Source: Atractiella rhizophila (taxonomy: Eukaryota). Taken from it: a stretch of DNA of 64,000 bases. The stretch covers positions 152,217-216,216 of the forward strand of contig MU271187.1 in the NCBI GenBank assembly GCA_021432655.1, read 5' to 3'. Positions 11,581-25,695 of this stretch are shown piece after piece. Position numbers and translations under genes: made by a program. The notes beneath the pieces were generated by a model. It was given only the letters and a program-made list of their open reading frames with translations, was not told where the DNA came from and did no database searches. How positions within the stretch are numbered: position 1 is the stretch's first letter; each line of letters opens with the position of its first letter.

Positions 11581-14500
11581 TTATATGCTAAGTAGAGAAA
11601 TTATTTCTGAGGACAATTGTTTGATTCGGTCTTCTTTTGAAGACTTAGCGAGATTAGCGATTAGACCTTTGATACTGGTAGCAGTAGCAACACTCTTTGG
11701 TTGCTTGGAGTGAATCTGAGAACAGAATTATTTCGGGACGTCCAGAAGCAACACGATTGCTCACAAGATTGCCGACAGCCATCAACGTCCGGTATACCAC
11801 TTCGGAGTCCTCGTCAGTTAACAGCTGCGACTGTAGTTAGCTCGTTAGAGGGCTGAGTAAGGATTCACTAACGTCTAAAACCTTCCATGTTGTCACTATA
11901 ACTGAAGCTGCTTCTGCACCAGTAGTGACCGTTATAACAGAGACGCTGATTATACTTGTTGAGAGCAGAATAAAAAATTGTCAGAGCACCCACTTAAGAA
12001 GTACGGTTGCCAATGCGATTTTGCCGTTCTTACTCAGCTTCGCTTTCTCCAGTTTCGTTAACGTGTCAGCAATCTATGCAGCAAATAAACACCCATTCCG
12101 TCGGTCCGAACTTTTCACATACCTCTTGCACCTTGTTCTGAACATGGGGAGCACCTTCCTGCGTTGCTGCTAGGTTAGAAAGAGCTCGCAGAGCAAGCAT
12201 AGAGTTTGTCTCCCATTCCTTCTGGTTTGTGATCGTTGCGCCATCCAAGGAGGATAGTAGGGGAGAAATCAGATCTGGTGATGGCCGAATGGTGCAGAGC
12301 AGGCGGACGAGGTCGAGAGCTGCAGCAATTTAGCGAGACTGTTGCAGGAGTTGTTCAGACGAACAAACCTGGAAATTTCATGTTGTTCGGCCATGACAGC
12401 AACTTAACCAATACCTGTGGTTGTTCTGATGTTACACGAGAAGCAGAACCTGAATCGAGAGCCGCAATGAGGAGATCAAAGATAGCTTTCTCTCCATCCG
12501 TCAAGGCTAATTCTGGATCCTGCACCACCGACATTTCAGCCATAGTCCCCCGACAAAGCAAGAAGGGACCTCTGATTGTAGTTGTTCAGTAAATTGAAGG
12601 ACCTTCGACTTGAGTGGAGCAAAGTTGGGCTTTTGAGAGAATGTCAGCGGCGTGCGATGGGGGAGTAAAGACGGTGTTGAAACAGGAGCGGGTTGGGAGG
12701 TAGAAGTTCGATAGGCTCCACCACCTGGAACAATCGGTTAGCGCATTAACCCGTCGCAGGAAAGAATGTAACACCTGTGAATGGATCACCAGAAAAGCTG
12801 GTCTGAGGTTGCGATGCAGATTGTTGGGGGCGGTACGATCCAGCACCTGGTGGTGTCAGCTAAGATCCCACAGCAGGTAAATAATCATACCCGTAAATGG
12901 ATCGGCTCCATAAGCAGGAATACCAGCGCTGCTACCCGATAGATCTTGCGGCCTATAAGATCCACTTCCAGTGTATGGATCGGCACCATAACGAGACGTT
13001 GTTCCAGCCTGTGCAGTGCTTTGAGGCTGATATCGTGTAGCGCCTGTGTATTACCGATGTTTAGCTTCTTATTGATACAATTGTGAGACCCTCACCTGTG
13101 TACGGGTCAACAAAGGCATTATTTGTAGAACCTATGTTGACACCAGCTGTATTTTTCTCAATAAATTGCACGACTTGATCGATGTACCCTAATGGGAGTT
13201 CGTTCGTCTGGAGGAATCTTTGAGCGGCACTGTAAGGATTTTCTACGTTCCAACAGCGTCGAATGAACAAGAAACGTTCCCCATTCAAGAAGATAAACGA
13301 ACCGCTCGCATTATAAGGTAGCTTTAAAGGTGGTGCACCTTCTTGAATGTCCACGTCAAAGACGTAATCGTATTCTACGCCATTGTAGAGCTGTTTCCGA
13401 CTAGATCCTACTGCATCAACGACGTCTCCGATTTTCTGCCACGACCGTGTCGCAGAAGACCACTGGACGATGGAATCTATAAAGAGATTCCCAGCTCGTA
13501 TAGAAAGGATGGACACACCTGATGTGCTTCAACTGCGCCAGCAGCATTCTTCACCATCTTCACCTGTCCCTCTTTTGTTCCTAACTCTCCTCATCAGCCG
13601 CAGTGGTTGTCCAAGAAAGGGGACGCACCAGGGTGATTTAACACCTCCAAACCTGGCAAATCAGTTTTCTTCAAATCACCAACTTGCGTCCTTCGCAGGC
13701 AATATCATCAGTGCGCAACGCCTACGAGTGCTAAGAAGTAACCCTTAAGAACGTACGAATTGATTCCAACCTTGGCTACTTCTTCATCCCACTCCTTTAA
13801 CCTGGCTGGACTCTCCCATCTCCCTTGCTCGCTACTAAAGATCCTTACGAAGCCATCAGATGATCCGGCAACAATATCGTTCTCCTTCGTTACGGCCACA
13901 GACCAGATTGAGAGGCATGGGAAGGTGATTACTTGGGTTTGGGTACCATCGAGTGCTGTGTCCATCAGATGTGATGAAACAGAGAACGAGAACGAGTAGA
14001 AAGGGAAGTGAGGGACAAACCGTTCCATATCCTCACTGTCCTGTCTTCACCGCTGCTGACCAGGTCGCCTGTAGAGAGCGAAGCAAGAGAGTAGACGAAA
14101 GACTCGTGTCCCTCCAGGACAGAGACGGAGTCTCCACCTATCGTCCATAAGCGGATAGTACTTGCATCGCAAGGGATCAGAAAGGAGAATAACAACCAGA
14201 ATTGGAGACACACGCGTCATTCCCTGCACTGGCAAACATCTCTCCGCCTCCAACGTCCGGAGATAGCAACGTCAACGCCCGAACCGCCTCCAGCCGAATC
14301 AGTCTCTCCTCATCTTCCGGCGAAATGACGCACCTGCTCATGTCCCTTATACGTCCTCACCTCCTTTCCATCCTTCCAAAGTTTTATAAGATTGTCGGCA
14401 GCACCAGTAAGGACGCTCCCATCCTCCAAGATTTGGACGGCCCACACGGCTTGCTTGTGTCCTTGTAACGTATACAGACATTCCCACGTCGAGGTGTTCC

Positions 14501-15730
14501 AGACTTTGGCGCTCATATCCCAGCTGCCGGATGCAACCAAAGACAGGCCGGAATGGACAGAGAGACAGCACACGTTTGAACCATGTCCTACTAAGGCGTG
14601 GGTGGGAGTTGGGCCGCTTGCAGGTGGCGGGTACGGCCAGGCTTGGATCAGTGTGTCCCGACCGGATGTTAGGAGGTAACCTGATACTCAATCGTTAGCA
14701 TTCATTCTTGAAGCCACTGACGCAACAGTCCGATGAGAGGTCAATTCATCTACTGAGACACCAATAAAAAACGATAAATCTTGGGCCATACGCAATTTCC
14801 AGGTCAGATTCGAAAGTAATATTATACCACTTATAGCAATCATCTGATGGCGTGGACAACAAAATTGTGAAGGGACACTGAAGGTTTCATTTGGTAGTCA
14901 ACCCTCCTGGCAAAAAAATATGGACTAAGCTACTAGGTATTAAACAAAGTATCACATCTCTCATTACCAAATTATATCAAACGAGATATCAGACCAAATC
15001 GTACCTCTTGTCTGTCAAATGATAAAGAATCAATCTATCGCACATCATGACTTTAAGGTCTCGATGGCTGGGGTGAGAATCAAAGATATTTGGATTTAAC
15101 AGGAGAGGCTAGACTAGTCATGGGTTTTTCAATGGTCACCTCGATTAATTCGAGAGATTGTAAGATTGTTATGGGACTTCATCATGTTTTTACCAGATAT
15201 AAATTTGATGTCATCGGAACATTACCATTTTTTAAAGATATGGTGACCAGCAGGCTGTAACTTTCATGCCTACCATTTACGCTTATTTATCTAAACTGAT
15301 CGGAGAGAAACAAAGCAATACCTTCACAGATGCTTGCTTGTCCATCAGCTTTTTCGTAGCCGGAACTATCATCACCAATTATAGCAATAAACGAGCAAAG
15401 AGGCTTCTTATAGGACCTTTCGAATAAGAAAGAAAGGCGATTACGACGCGTTTCCCTGAGCTCACAAACAGAACACTCACCTTCCCGTCCATCCTCCCGA
15501 CTATCCAGCCACCCAACAGCATTAACGAATCCATCGTGTCCCACAAACTCCTTATCCACATTCCACACTCCTCCAGAGCCTCCATCGGCGGCATTAGCTC
15601 TCACGATGCTCTTTGCGGTTGCATCTCTGCTCGCTGAGAACGCGGTGGCTGGAGCGATCGAATGGGGGGAGGCCACTGCTCGCACGTCGGAAGAGTGTGG
15701 GCGTAGCGACGAGGAGAGCTTGAATGTCAT
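11581..15730 (-). CDS. DOA1: Doa1/Ufd3/PLAA: WD40-PFU-PUL Cdc48 cofactor
   Basis: WD40 repeats (HSSDVRAV, ASGSWDMSAKVW, GHKQAVWAV, GHESFVYSL); PFU (WQKIGDVVDA...YDYVFDVDIQEGAPPLKLPYN, ENPYSAAQRFL); PUL (NSMLALRALSNL); exon 1 15730-15481. Confidence 0.96.
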
Positions 15731-16059
15731 CTTTTCTGCTCTGCTTCCCGATTATCTGTCAATCAAGTTCAGGTTTGCGCGTCGATCGCCTTTGTCCGGA
15801 ACCGAGTTAGAGTGATTGTTTCTGTTTGAGCATTGTTTGGCGGGATAATAGATTTACCCCACAAAATACCGGAGTTCGGGCCGCTCTTTCCCGAGAGCCT
15901 GGACTCCTTCCGAAACCGCCCGATCGCCTTTCCCACTATTTCAGCAACCAACACTTGTTGCTCGTCTGCTCAACTCTTCAAGGCCATCTGTTTCTACCCT
16001 TAAACACTTCACCACGACCCTCCAGAACTCCCCAGAAGTCAGCACCGAGAAAACGAAAG

Positions 16060-17354
16060 ATGGAGAGCGTACCGATCAGCACTGAAATCATTACTCTCAC
16101 ACGGTATGCCTTTCCCTCATCCAAGTGATCGAGCAATGGAGAACTGAGGGTTTGCTTTGTTTCGTGCTATTGACGTCTGAAGGAGTACGCTCACGGCTCA
16201 GGGACACCATCCCGATGCCAGGGGAGACCTCACGATCCTGCTCACTGCGATCCAAACGACGTGCAAGTTCATAGCGACGAATGTGCGTCGCGCACGGCTC
16301 CTCAACCTGTACGCGTTCTCTTACACTTCCTCATCATATCTCAGCTCAAAGAGAGGTTGGATGGTGAAGCATCGGTGTTGCCGGCACTGCCAATGTGCAA
16401 GGAGAGGATCAGAAGAAGCTAGATGTGCTGTCGAACGACATCATGATCAACTCTCTCCGGGCATCGGGTAAGACGGCGGTTTTGGTTTCGGAGGAGAACG
16501 ACGAGGCGATCATGATTGAGGAGAAATCGAGGGGTCGGTATTGTGTCGTCTTCGACCCTTTGGATGGCAGCTCCAACATTGACGCTGGTGTGAACATTGG
16601 CACGATTTTCGGGATCTACCATGTCGAGGACGGCAGGAAGGGAGGGATCGAAGACGTTTTGCGGCCTGGGAGGGAGATGGTCGCTGCTGGTTATTGCATG
16701 TATGGATCCTCTGCCAATCTCGTCATCTCAACCGGAAACGGAGTGAACGGCTACACGCTCGACAACGTTAGTCTCCCCTCTTCCCCATCCCCACTTAATG
16801 TATATTAGTGTTTTGCTCACATTAGGATGGAATGTAGGGAATCGGAGAGTTCATCCTCACCCACCCCAACATCCAGATTCCCAGTCGCGGCAAAATCTAT
16901 TCCTTCAACGAAGGCAACTCTCTCTTCTTCCACGAGCCCGTCAAAGCCTACCTCGAGAGCATAAAGTATCCATCCAACAACAAACCCTACTCGGCGCGTT
17001 ACATCGGCTCCATGGTTGCCGACGTCCACAGGACGTTGCTCTACGGAGGAATATTCGGATACCCTGATGACAAGAAGAGCAAGAATGGAAAGTTGAGGCT
17101 GCTTTACGAAGTTAGTATCTCACCCTTCTTTCTCGATCCTCCCTCCTCCCCATACGCGAGTCCACCTTGACCCTGATCCGGTTTGGTGATAGGGATTCCC
17201 AATGGCTTTCTTAACTGAACAAGCCGGAGGTCTCGCAACGACCGGGAAAGAGCGTATCCTGGACATCGTCCCCACAAACATTCATCAGAGGACACCTGTC
17301 TTCTTAGGGAGCAAAGAGGACGTCCAGGATTTATTGGGGTTCTATAAGGAGTGA
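16060..17354 (+). CDS. FBP1: Fructose-1,6-bisphosphatase class I
   Basis: [64 protein letters not shown]; divergent from DOA1. Confidence 0.98.
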
Positions 17355-18883
17355 TCATGGAGTATGTCTGCGTCCCTGTTCTTCCGACGGAAGTTTCATG
17401 AACGGATGATGGTACTGAAATGGGACAAATAATGTATGCTATGTATGTATACTGAACAATGTATTCGTTCAAGTGTACCACACCCATCCATATTCAGGCA
17501 TTCCACTGATAATGTTGATAACTTTATGTAATCACAACTGCAATAGCGGGCAGCAGAGCGGGAAGCCTTCCGCGACAGCCGTTACGATGACTGACTTCAT
17601 CCAACGATCTCCACACATAAAAAGGAGCCCATCTAACTCTTATAAATCATCGCCAGTTTCGCCTTCTCAGAGTTACCAAATTGTTAAAAGAGATGCCTGT
17701 TACTTTGCACGGATCATGTCATTGCGGTGGTCTGTCTACTCTCTCCTTCGATCGCAACGGTTTAGAGCGCTTATAATTCTACAGAGGTGAACTACACCGT
17801 CGAATCAAACACACCCGTTCCGTATCAGATGTGTTCCTGCTCCATTTGTCGAATGACTGGAGGGTTTATGGGCAACGTGAACATTATGGTCCGCCCCAGT
17901 CTAGTCTACTCATCTACTGCATACATCTGATCTCGATGTCCTCTACGAATGTGAAGGCTAACACCAATACTTTGAAGGTCACAAAAGGAGAAGACAAAAT
18001 CAGGTTCGTCCTCTTCCATTCCCTCGCCATGTTTGGCAAATTGTACCTCAAACTCTGCTGCTGATGATGCCTGTGTAGCAAATATGTTGCGCACAAAGAT
18101 GGAAAAAAGGTCAACAGCACGCGCAACTTCTGCTCCAACTGCTCTTCCATGCTTTGGCTGCATGATCCCAGCTGGGACGCATGGGGTGCGCACATCTTTC
18201 CTTCCTCCTCAATACCTCCAGAAACGTGATCGATGTGCCTCCCAGTCTATCCTTTTGCAGCCTCGTGAGTTTCGCTCCACTCAGACAGCTCTCTAGCACC
18301 ACTGATACTGTCCATTCAACAGCATCGTCTCCCCCAAACTGCCAGAAGTGCCAGCGGGCGAATTCAAGGTGATCTTGAAATGCGAACCACATTGTCCTTC
18401 CTGTGTGCCTACAATTCCTAGTGAGTGTCCTTCCTGCTTCTTCTTCCCTGCTGTTGGAAGTGGTTCAAATGCGGTTGGATAGATTCGAAAACGTACGAAG
18501 ATTACGGACCCGGCGCAGGCATCGAAGAATGGCACAAGAAGAATGGGCAGTGGGTGGAATGAGATGGTCACACAGAAACAGAACCGAAGCGTTCGAGCTC
18601 GTCAAAAGGGTGAATTAATGTTGGGAACTAGGAATGAGGAAAGGAATAAATCCCCTTTCAAAATGATGTTGATTTGCATTCCATTCCACCACAATATCGA
18701 ATATTGAACCTTGAAATAACGGACATGCAGACATTCATAAAACAGCCAAATAGGGAGATGAGCAGATATCAATTGCGACTGATTACGAAATGCATTGTTC
18801 CTGAAACAAAACTTGACAGAAAAAGGATAGAACAAACCGAAAGTCGAAGACGACTAATGCGAGGCAGGTAAGGAGGAGGACGG

Positions 18884-21800
18884 CTAAGAAGAAGATGCTA
18901 CGGTGGTGGCATTGTTGCCATTCGAGTCGGAGAGTTGGCTCATGGCAGCCACCAGGATTGCCATCACTTGAATGCCACTTGTGTCCTTCGAATTCGTCAC
19001 AGGAGCAGAAATATTGGACACATTTGTGCTTGTCGTAGGGGCAGCAAGTTGCGACGGTATGCACTTCGGTGTATCCATCGATGGGGTTGAGGATGAAGGC
19101 ACTGGTTGGTCGGGAGGATTCGTGTCAACACTCACGCCGACGGCGCTGTGCGCGAAACAGTGAGCGATATGGACTGAGAGAGAGAGGAAGTACGAACCTC
19201 TTTTCTTTGTGCAACGTCTTGATATGTCGTACAAGGGTAGAGTTCCTCGTGAACGTCTTTCCGCAATCGTCGATCTTGCACACGTGTTTCTTCTCTCCTG
19301 AGTGTGTGTTCCGATGTCGGGCTAGGGACGAAGAGTCCGAAAAGCTGCTCTTGCATCCTGGCCAGTCACATAAATGTGGTTTCTCCCCCGTATGCGTGCG
19401 ATGGTGCACCGTGAGTGCCGACCGCTTATCACAACATCGCATGGTTTACTTCGGTGGAAAGAAAGTGGAAATGAGATTGAGGGACTGACCTGCATGAACG
19501 CTTTGTCGCATCCTGTAACGGTACACTTGAACGGCTTCTCGCCCGTATGCGACCTCATGTGCCGTTTCAGGTCTCCTGAGCGTGTGAAGACTTTGCTGCA
19601 ACCCGCAAAAGTGCAGTGGAGCGGAGGATTAACCTTCTTCTTCTTCGCGCCTTTCGGTCCTCCATCCTCCACCTCTTCCTCCTCCTCCTCCGCATCCGCC
19701 TGCCGCAGCGAAAGGCCGGAAATGGACGTCGAGAGGGGTAACGTAGAGCTTGAGGTTGAAGCTTCAGCACGAAGATCTAGCAGAGATGGTTGCTTGGACA
19801 TGGACGGGAGAGGAACAGAGGGTCGAGGGAATTGGAATAAATTCGGATTGGATTGGTGTTGTAGTAGTTGTGGTTGCCGTTGAGATTCGATTCGCTCAAG
19901 AGGCATGACGGATCTTCCTGTCTCACAATCGCTATAGGATCTTCCCCTGGCGGCAAGTCCAACTATGGCCCCTGATGATGAGATGGGAGGGAAATTCCCA
20001 AACATGCCAGCTCGATCCAAAGCGCCGACATATCCCTTATCGCTCGAGAAAGCGCGTTTCCGTTTCTTTCCCTCCCCCATCATCATTCCAGGTCCCAGTT
20101 CCATATTCATGAGGGACATAGAAGCAGCAGATGACGGGATGGGGAACCCGGAGATGGAGTTACTCTTCGCTTTTCCTCTCTCTCTCCTCACGTTTCTCCC
20201 CCACAACCATTCGTCTGCCTGCTCATCTCCTATAGCGCTCACATTCGGCTCGATGGACAAATTCTCCCAATCGAACCCTAAGCTCTCACTGCTCTCAGGA
20301 ATGCCTGTGCTCGTTTCTGAACTCAGCATCCCAAACGAACTGTCGTCGGTAGGGTATAGACTGCTCATGAGCTCGGAATCGAGGTCATCCCTGCTCCAGG
20401 ACAATCGGGAGAAGGGGTTTTCGGCGTCTAGTAGGAAGGATGTTGGCGGAGGAAGGGAGGAGGAACGATGTACTGGTGGCGGAGTGGAAGGGGTGGAGAG
20501 GGAGAGGTGTCTGTTGTGCGTAGGTCGACCGCGAGGTTCGGAGTAATTCGATGGTGCCGTCGAGGTCGAAGCGAACAAGATGGGATCGTATGACGAGGCG
20601 GTCGCTGGAGTGGCAAAAGGTAAGGAAGGAGGATAAGGGACTGGAGTGGTTGGATGACTTCGCGTCTTTCCTTTATCCTCCCATCCTCCTCCTCTCCGTC
20701 CATCAAACCTAAGCGGTTCATTCTCCACCACCAATGGATCAAGAGTTCCAATCTCTCCAGACGAAGTGGCAGCAAAGAGATCAAATAGGTGCAGTTGATT
20801 GGGCACCGGGGTGGACGGGTGGCTTTTCGCCACTCTTTCCTTCTCCCGCGCTGCGCCGGTGCTGACACCCGTCAGTCCATTCAGGCTCTGGTAGAGATCT
20901 AATGGATTTGGGTACATGTACGGAGAGCTGGGTTGAGACATGGTCCGCGTTTCTCGGCGAGTGATTGAGGTACCAGGGGAAGAGAAGGAAGATACGGGAA
21001 GAGGGAGGTCCATCGGCTTGAAGGGAGAGGTGATATCCATTTCGAACGGCTTGAGCTGAGCTGCTTGAGGTTGGGGTTGGGATTGTGACTGTGATCGGGA
21101 GTGAGAGGACAGAGCGGAAGAGCCGACGAAGGGATGATCCGTCTCTGTGTGGGAGTGGGGGAACATCTCGAGCTCCATTTCCATCGCATCACTCCCAACG
21201 CCTACGTTCGCTCCACCAACTCCCACTCCAACACCTTCCACTCCTCCACCAAGTGGTCTTTCGATCTGTCCACTGGCCGCCGCTTCCATTGCCTTGTTAT
21301 AAAATCTTCTCGCTTCATCCAAGAACTCATCCAGGTCCTTAAATTTAAACGCATCGTCCAAGTTGAGGGAATTGAAGAGGTTACTCGTTGCCTTTGACGC
21401 ATTTTGGTTGCGCGAGCGGGTTGGGGTGTTCCATTGTGGGAGTGGGAGAGAGGAGGAGTAGGCGAGGTCGAGAGGGTTGTGTGTCAGGTGGGTGAGGGAA
21501 TGGTGATCCGTGGGACCTAGAGTTCGCGTTTGTTGATGAGGGTGGGAGTGTGTCGGGAGAGAGAGGTGGGAGAGTGGAAGAGAAGTTGGAGGGAGAGTGG
21601 GAAGACCTAATGCAGCGGCAAGAGTGGACATCATTGCATCCTCTTGTGCTTCATTTTCCTTCGCTTCATCCCTCTTCATGAAATCCAATGGCTTGACGCC
21701 ATTCGCTCCATTCAGTTCTGCACCGAGCGACTGGTTTCCGATTCCAACTCCAAAGTCCAAATCAAGTGAATCCAACAACGTAGCGGCCGCCGGATTCGGG

Positions 21801-22402
21801 GTTGCGGAGAACTCCAGTGAGAAGGTACGAGCGAGGTCGAGGGCGTTTTGCATTTGCGTTTGGTTCTGCAGCCCTTGGGACGACGTGGGATGGATGGTTT
21901 GATCGAAGGGAAAATCGAGGTTTGCGATGGGAGGGAAGGAGGTCGCCTTCGGAGTGACCGGATCATGTTGCTGTACGCCAGGGACCAGCCATTCATGAAC
22001 AAGTCCAGACGAACGAGGCAATTGAGGAGAAAATGACGCACCTCGTCCTGAAAATCCATCAGTTCCACTCCTTCATCGATCCTCGACAGCTTTCGTTTCT
22101 TCACAGGGCTCTCTAAATCGAATTCCAACGAGAGAGTGTTCAGGTTGTATCCGTCCAAGTTGAGCGAGTCCAACAAACTCGAAGTAGAAGTCGCTGGCTG
22201 AAGCGTGAGCGACGGATTGATGGTGCTGCTGCTGTGTGCGAGATCGAGTGCATTCTGGTTCTGCGAGAGAATGGTGCTCGGTTCCAAATTGGAGTTGGAG
22301 AGCCAGGATAAGTCGAAATTGAACGTCTGTTTCCAACCAGATTTCAAAGCGTCAGCTCAGCGATAACAAATAGCAGGGACGTACTTGGTCTGTGAACTCC
22401 AT
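18884..22402 (-). CDS. C2H2 zinc-finger transcription factor (4 fingers) with long disordered N-terminus
   Basis: CTFAGC..HMRSH-TGEKP-CTVTGC..HHRTH-TGEKP-CDWPGC..HRNTH-SGEKK-CKIDDC..HIKTLH; start inferred from a short first exon at 22402. Confidence 0.9.
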
Positions 22403-22764
22403 CTTACATCCTCTGCCTGGTCACTGTCACAAATCTCCTTTCTTTCTTGGTGTGCATGCACCTTCTGAGGACTCGCGGTAATTATGGATAACCTCAAAAA
22501 GACGGTGCCAACGGAATGCGCGTCCGGAAGGACGCTTCAAGGCGCTAAAGCAAGCGAATAAGTCGAAGAAGACGTGGCTGGCTGGGGCTAATGCACACCT
22601 CGTGCAATCTGGTCAAGCGTAAACGTTGGAAGGCACAAATAACCAAAGCAAGATTAGCACATGACACCCTGTCGGAGAACTGGTGTAGTTTCACTTAAAC
22701 TTCCTCAACCAGACTGTTGCAGGTGAAGTGGACGTGGGCATAGACGTGTTCGGAAGCAGCAGAG

Positions 22765-24402
22765 ATGATTTCTGGATTCTTTATTCTCAACTTGAAAGGG
22801 GAGGTGCTCATATCTCGGCTTTTCCGACCAGAAATTCGGTTCGTCCCCTTTCAGGTATCGGGCTTACTCCAGCAGCTAATTCCTAGATGTTCTCGTTTCT
22901 GAAACGCGTAGGCGTTCAGTGGCCGACATATTTCGCATACACGTAGTCTCCAACCCCTCCGTTCGCTCTCCCATCCTCACCGTCGGCTCGACCACTTTCT
23001 TCCATGTCCGACACCAGAATGTCTTCCTCTGTTGCGTGACGAAGGCGAACGTGAATGCGGCCCTCGTTTTCGAATTTTGCTATCGCATCATACAGATTGG
23101 GAGGAGCTATTTCGGCAAGTTTGATGAGGAGAGCATCAAGAATAACTTTGTGCTCATTTATGAGCTGCTCGATGGTATGTGCTTTCATTCGTTTCTATTA
23201 CCTACTGGGTTTCGAAGATTGGAGTGAGGTTGAGTGGTGACATGTTTTTGGGGAATGGCAGAGATTCTGGACTTTGGATACCCCCAGAACTCGGAAACAG
23301 ATACTTTGAAGATGTACATCACAACAGAAAGCATCAAATCAGAGCAAGCAGTGGTGCGTCACTCTCTTTCTCTCCGAGCCAATAAAACGCACTCAACCTA
23401 AATGCACAATATGCAACAGCGCGAGGACTCGTCCAAGATCACCATCCAAGCGACCGGCGCGACCTCCTGGCGTCGTTCGGACGTGAAATATAGGAAGAAC
23501 GAAGCGTTCGTGGACGTGATCGAGAGCGTGAACCTTCTCATGTCCTCCAACGGCACCGTCCTGCGCGCGGACGTCGATGGCCAGATCTTGATGCGCGCCT
23601 ACCTGTCCGGAACGCCAGAATGCAAGTTTGGACTGAACGACAAGCTCGTGCTGGACCGGAAGGCTCAGGCTTTGGGTGGAGATACGGAGGGAGCGGTCGA
23701 ACTTGATGATTGTCAGTTCCATCAGTGTGTCAGGTTGGGAAAGTTCGATACCGATCGCACTATATCTTTCATACCTCCAGATGGCGAATTCGAACTCATG
23801 CGGTTCGTCCTCTCAACAGCCGCATTTAGACTTGCACTGAGAACGAAGACAGGTATCGATCGACGACAAACGTCAACCTACCTTTCAAGATCACGCCTAT
23901 CATCGAAGAGCCAACGACGAGCCGAGTGGAATACACAATCCACATCAAAGCTTCCTTCAACTCCAAACTCTCCGGCTCCAACATCGTCCTCAAGATCCCA
24001 GCTCCACCAAACACGACCAAGGTAGATTGCAAAGTGCAACTAGGCAAAGCGAAATACTTGCCTTCGGACAACCAGATTGTTTGGAAGATCCCACGGTTAC
24101 AGGGTGGACAGGATACCACTTTCACCGCCGAAGCGACCCTCACCCCGACCACGCATAGGAAACCGTGGAGCAGACCTCCCATCAGCGTCGACTTCCAAGT
24201 ACTCATGTTTACCGCTTCCGGATTGTTGGTTCGATTCTTGAAGGTTTTTGAAAAGAGCAATTATCAGAGTGTCAAGTGGGTGAGGTATCTGACGAAGAGT
24301 ACGGGGACGTATCAGGTTCGGGTGAGTCTTCATGCTTTATTTTTTCTCTTCCTCTCCTTTTTTCGATGAATGACACGCTGATGCCTTTGTGTGTAGATTT
24401 GA
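22765..24402 (+). CDS. APM4: AP-2 adaptor complex mu subunit
   Basis: [93 protein letters not shown]. Confidence 0.96.
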
Positions 24403-24724
24403 AAATCGGCAGTTTTGTTTTGGGATTGTTATTGTTATTGCTGCTTCTGACTCGCACCTTCATGCAAGGGATTCCTGTTTTCTTTGGAGTCTACGGAGGG
24501 AAAAGCGAACGCATGCGATTTCAAGAGAGCAATCAGTCAGTCACTATTCAGCATCTTGACACATCAATACCGTCGACAGAAAGGATGCACCAGAGTACCA
24601 CATCGTCATCTCCGTCAAGGAAAGTTGATAAAAACACAAACACTCGAACACACAACTGAAGGCCGTTAGATTCGTCTCTGGCGTCAATTAGAATTACGTC
24701 ATGACCAACCCCTGAAGAAGGAGA

Positions 24725-25695
24725 TCAAAATTCAGCTCCTTCGAAGAAATTGATGGTCTGCCACTTCTCCACCTTCTCGATATGTTCTTTCCTCTGCTGC
24801 CTAGCTCTCACGTCCCTGCTGGCATCAAAGACATGTCCTGGAGCGGTCTGTGAGCTCCTGAATCCACCGCTCCTCCTCGAATGAGCAACTCCGCTGTAGG
24901 GATCCTCCGGCCGTGGAGAGCCTGCTTCGCTCGTGTCTAGTGTGGGATGGGTATTGTGCTCGATGGAGGGGATGGCGGAGAGATCGAATTCGTCTTCTTG
25001 AATCTCAGAGATCGACTCGAGCTTCTTTTCGCCATATACCTGCAAATTTGATAGCGGAGCATGCAACAATCAATCCATTGATACTTGTTAGAGGAAGAGA
25101 AAGGGGCACCTCATCTATATCGAACCCATCTTCTTCTTGAGCTCCAGAGCCTGTTGGGATGGGAGAACCGTCAAGATCGATGTCCGCTACCTCGGGATTG
25201 GGAGAAGGCGGCAGCGCAGCGGGACCATTTGAAGTGGTTATATCGGAGAGGGGAGCAAGTTCACGGGACGGGACCGAGCGGTAGATGTGCGTCCTTCCAC
25301 CATTAGGAGGGTCTAGTTCCTCGCTCGTGAACTGTCTGTATCCCGACTCTTCCTTCTCATCTCGAAACGCTTTGTCGGTTGCAAAACGAGAAAACAACAA
25401 TCAACAATCAACGACCGCCGTATTTCTTTGCGCAGAAGGAAGGGAAGTGCGCACGCATTAGGGCTACCAAGTTGCTCATGAACTTCAACCGCTGCGCATC
25501 CTCAGGAGGGATGCCCTGCGAGGCGGCGCGCTGAAAGGAGCCGCGCGTCTCGACGTCTGGCGTGGTGCTGGGAGCTTGGGACGCGTTCGCAGTGGCTGTC
25601 GTTGGCAGGGGAGGGTTCACGTAGGTGAATGGCGCGTCCAGCTTGCCGAAGCGCAGAGCTGGCGCTGTTGAGGACCGCTGAAATGTTCGAGGCAT
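24725..25695 (-). CDS. Hypothetical protein (multi-exon, acidic/proline-rich)
   Basis: Three collinear minus-strand frames (25695-25408, 25400-25005, 25069-24725) joinable by short introns; no family recognised. Confidence 0.5.

Noticed and set aside
12780..13115. Four DP(Y/F)TG repeats in DOA1
   Set aside because: Typical of the fungal Doa1 PFU-PUL linker, not novel
14985..15190. C/D-box snoRNA candidates in the DOA1 long intron (ATGATG..CTGA on minus)
   Set aside because: Imperfect boxes, no terminal stem and no rRNA-complementary guide I could recognise
17400..18850. Short ORFs between FBP1 and the zinc-finger gene
   Set aside because: No coherent spliced model or recognisable motif
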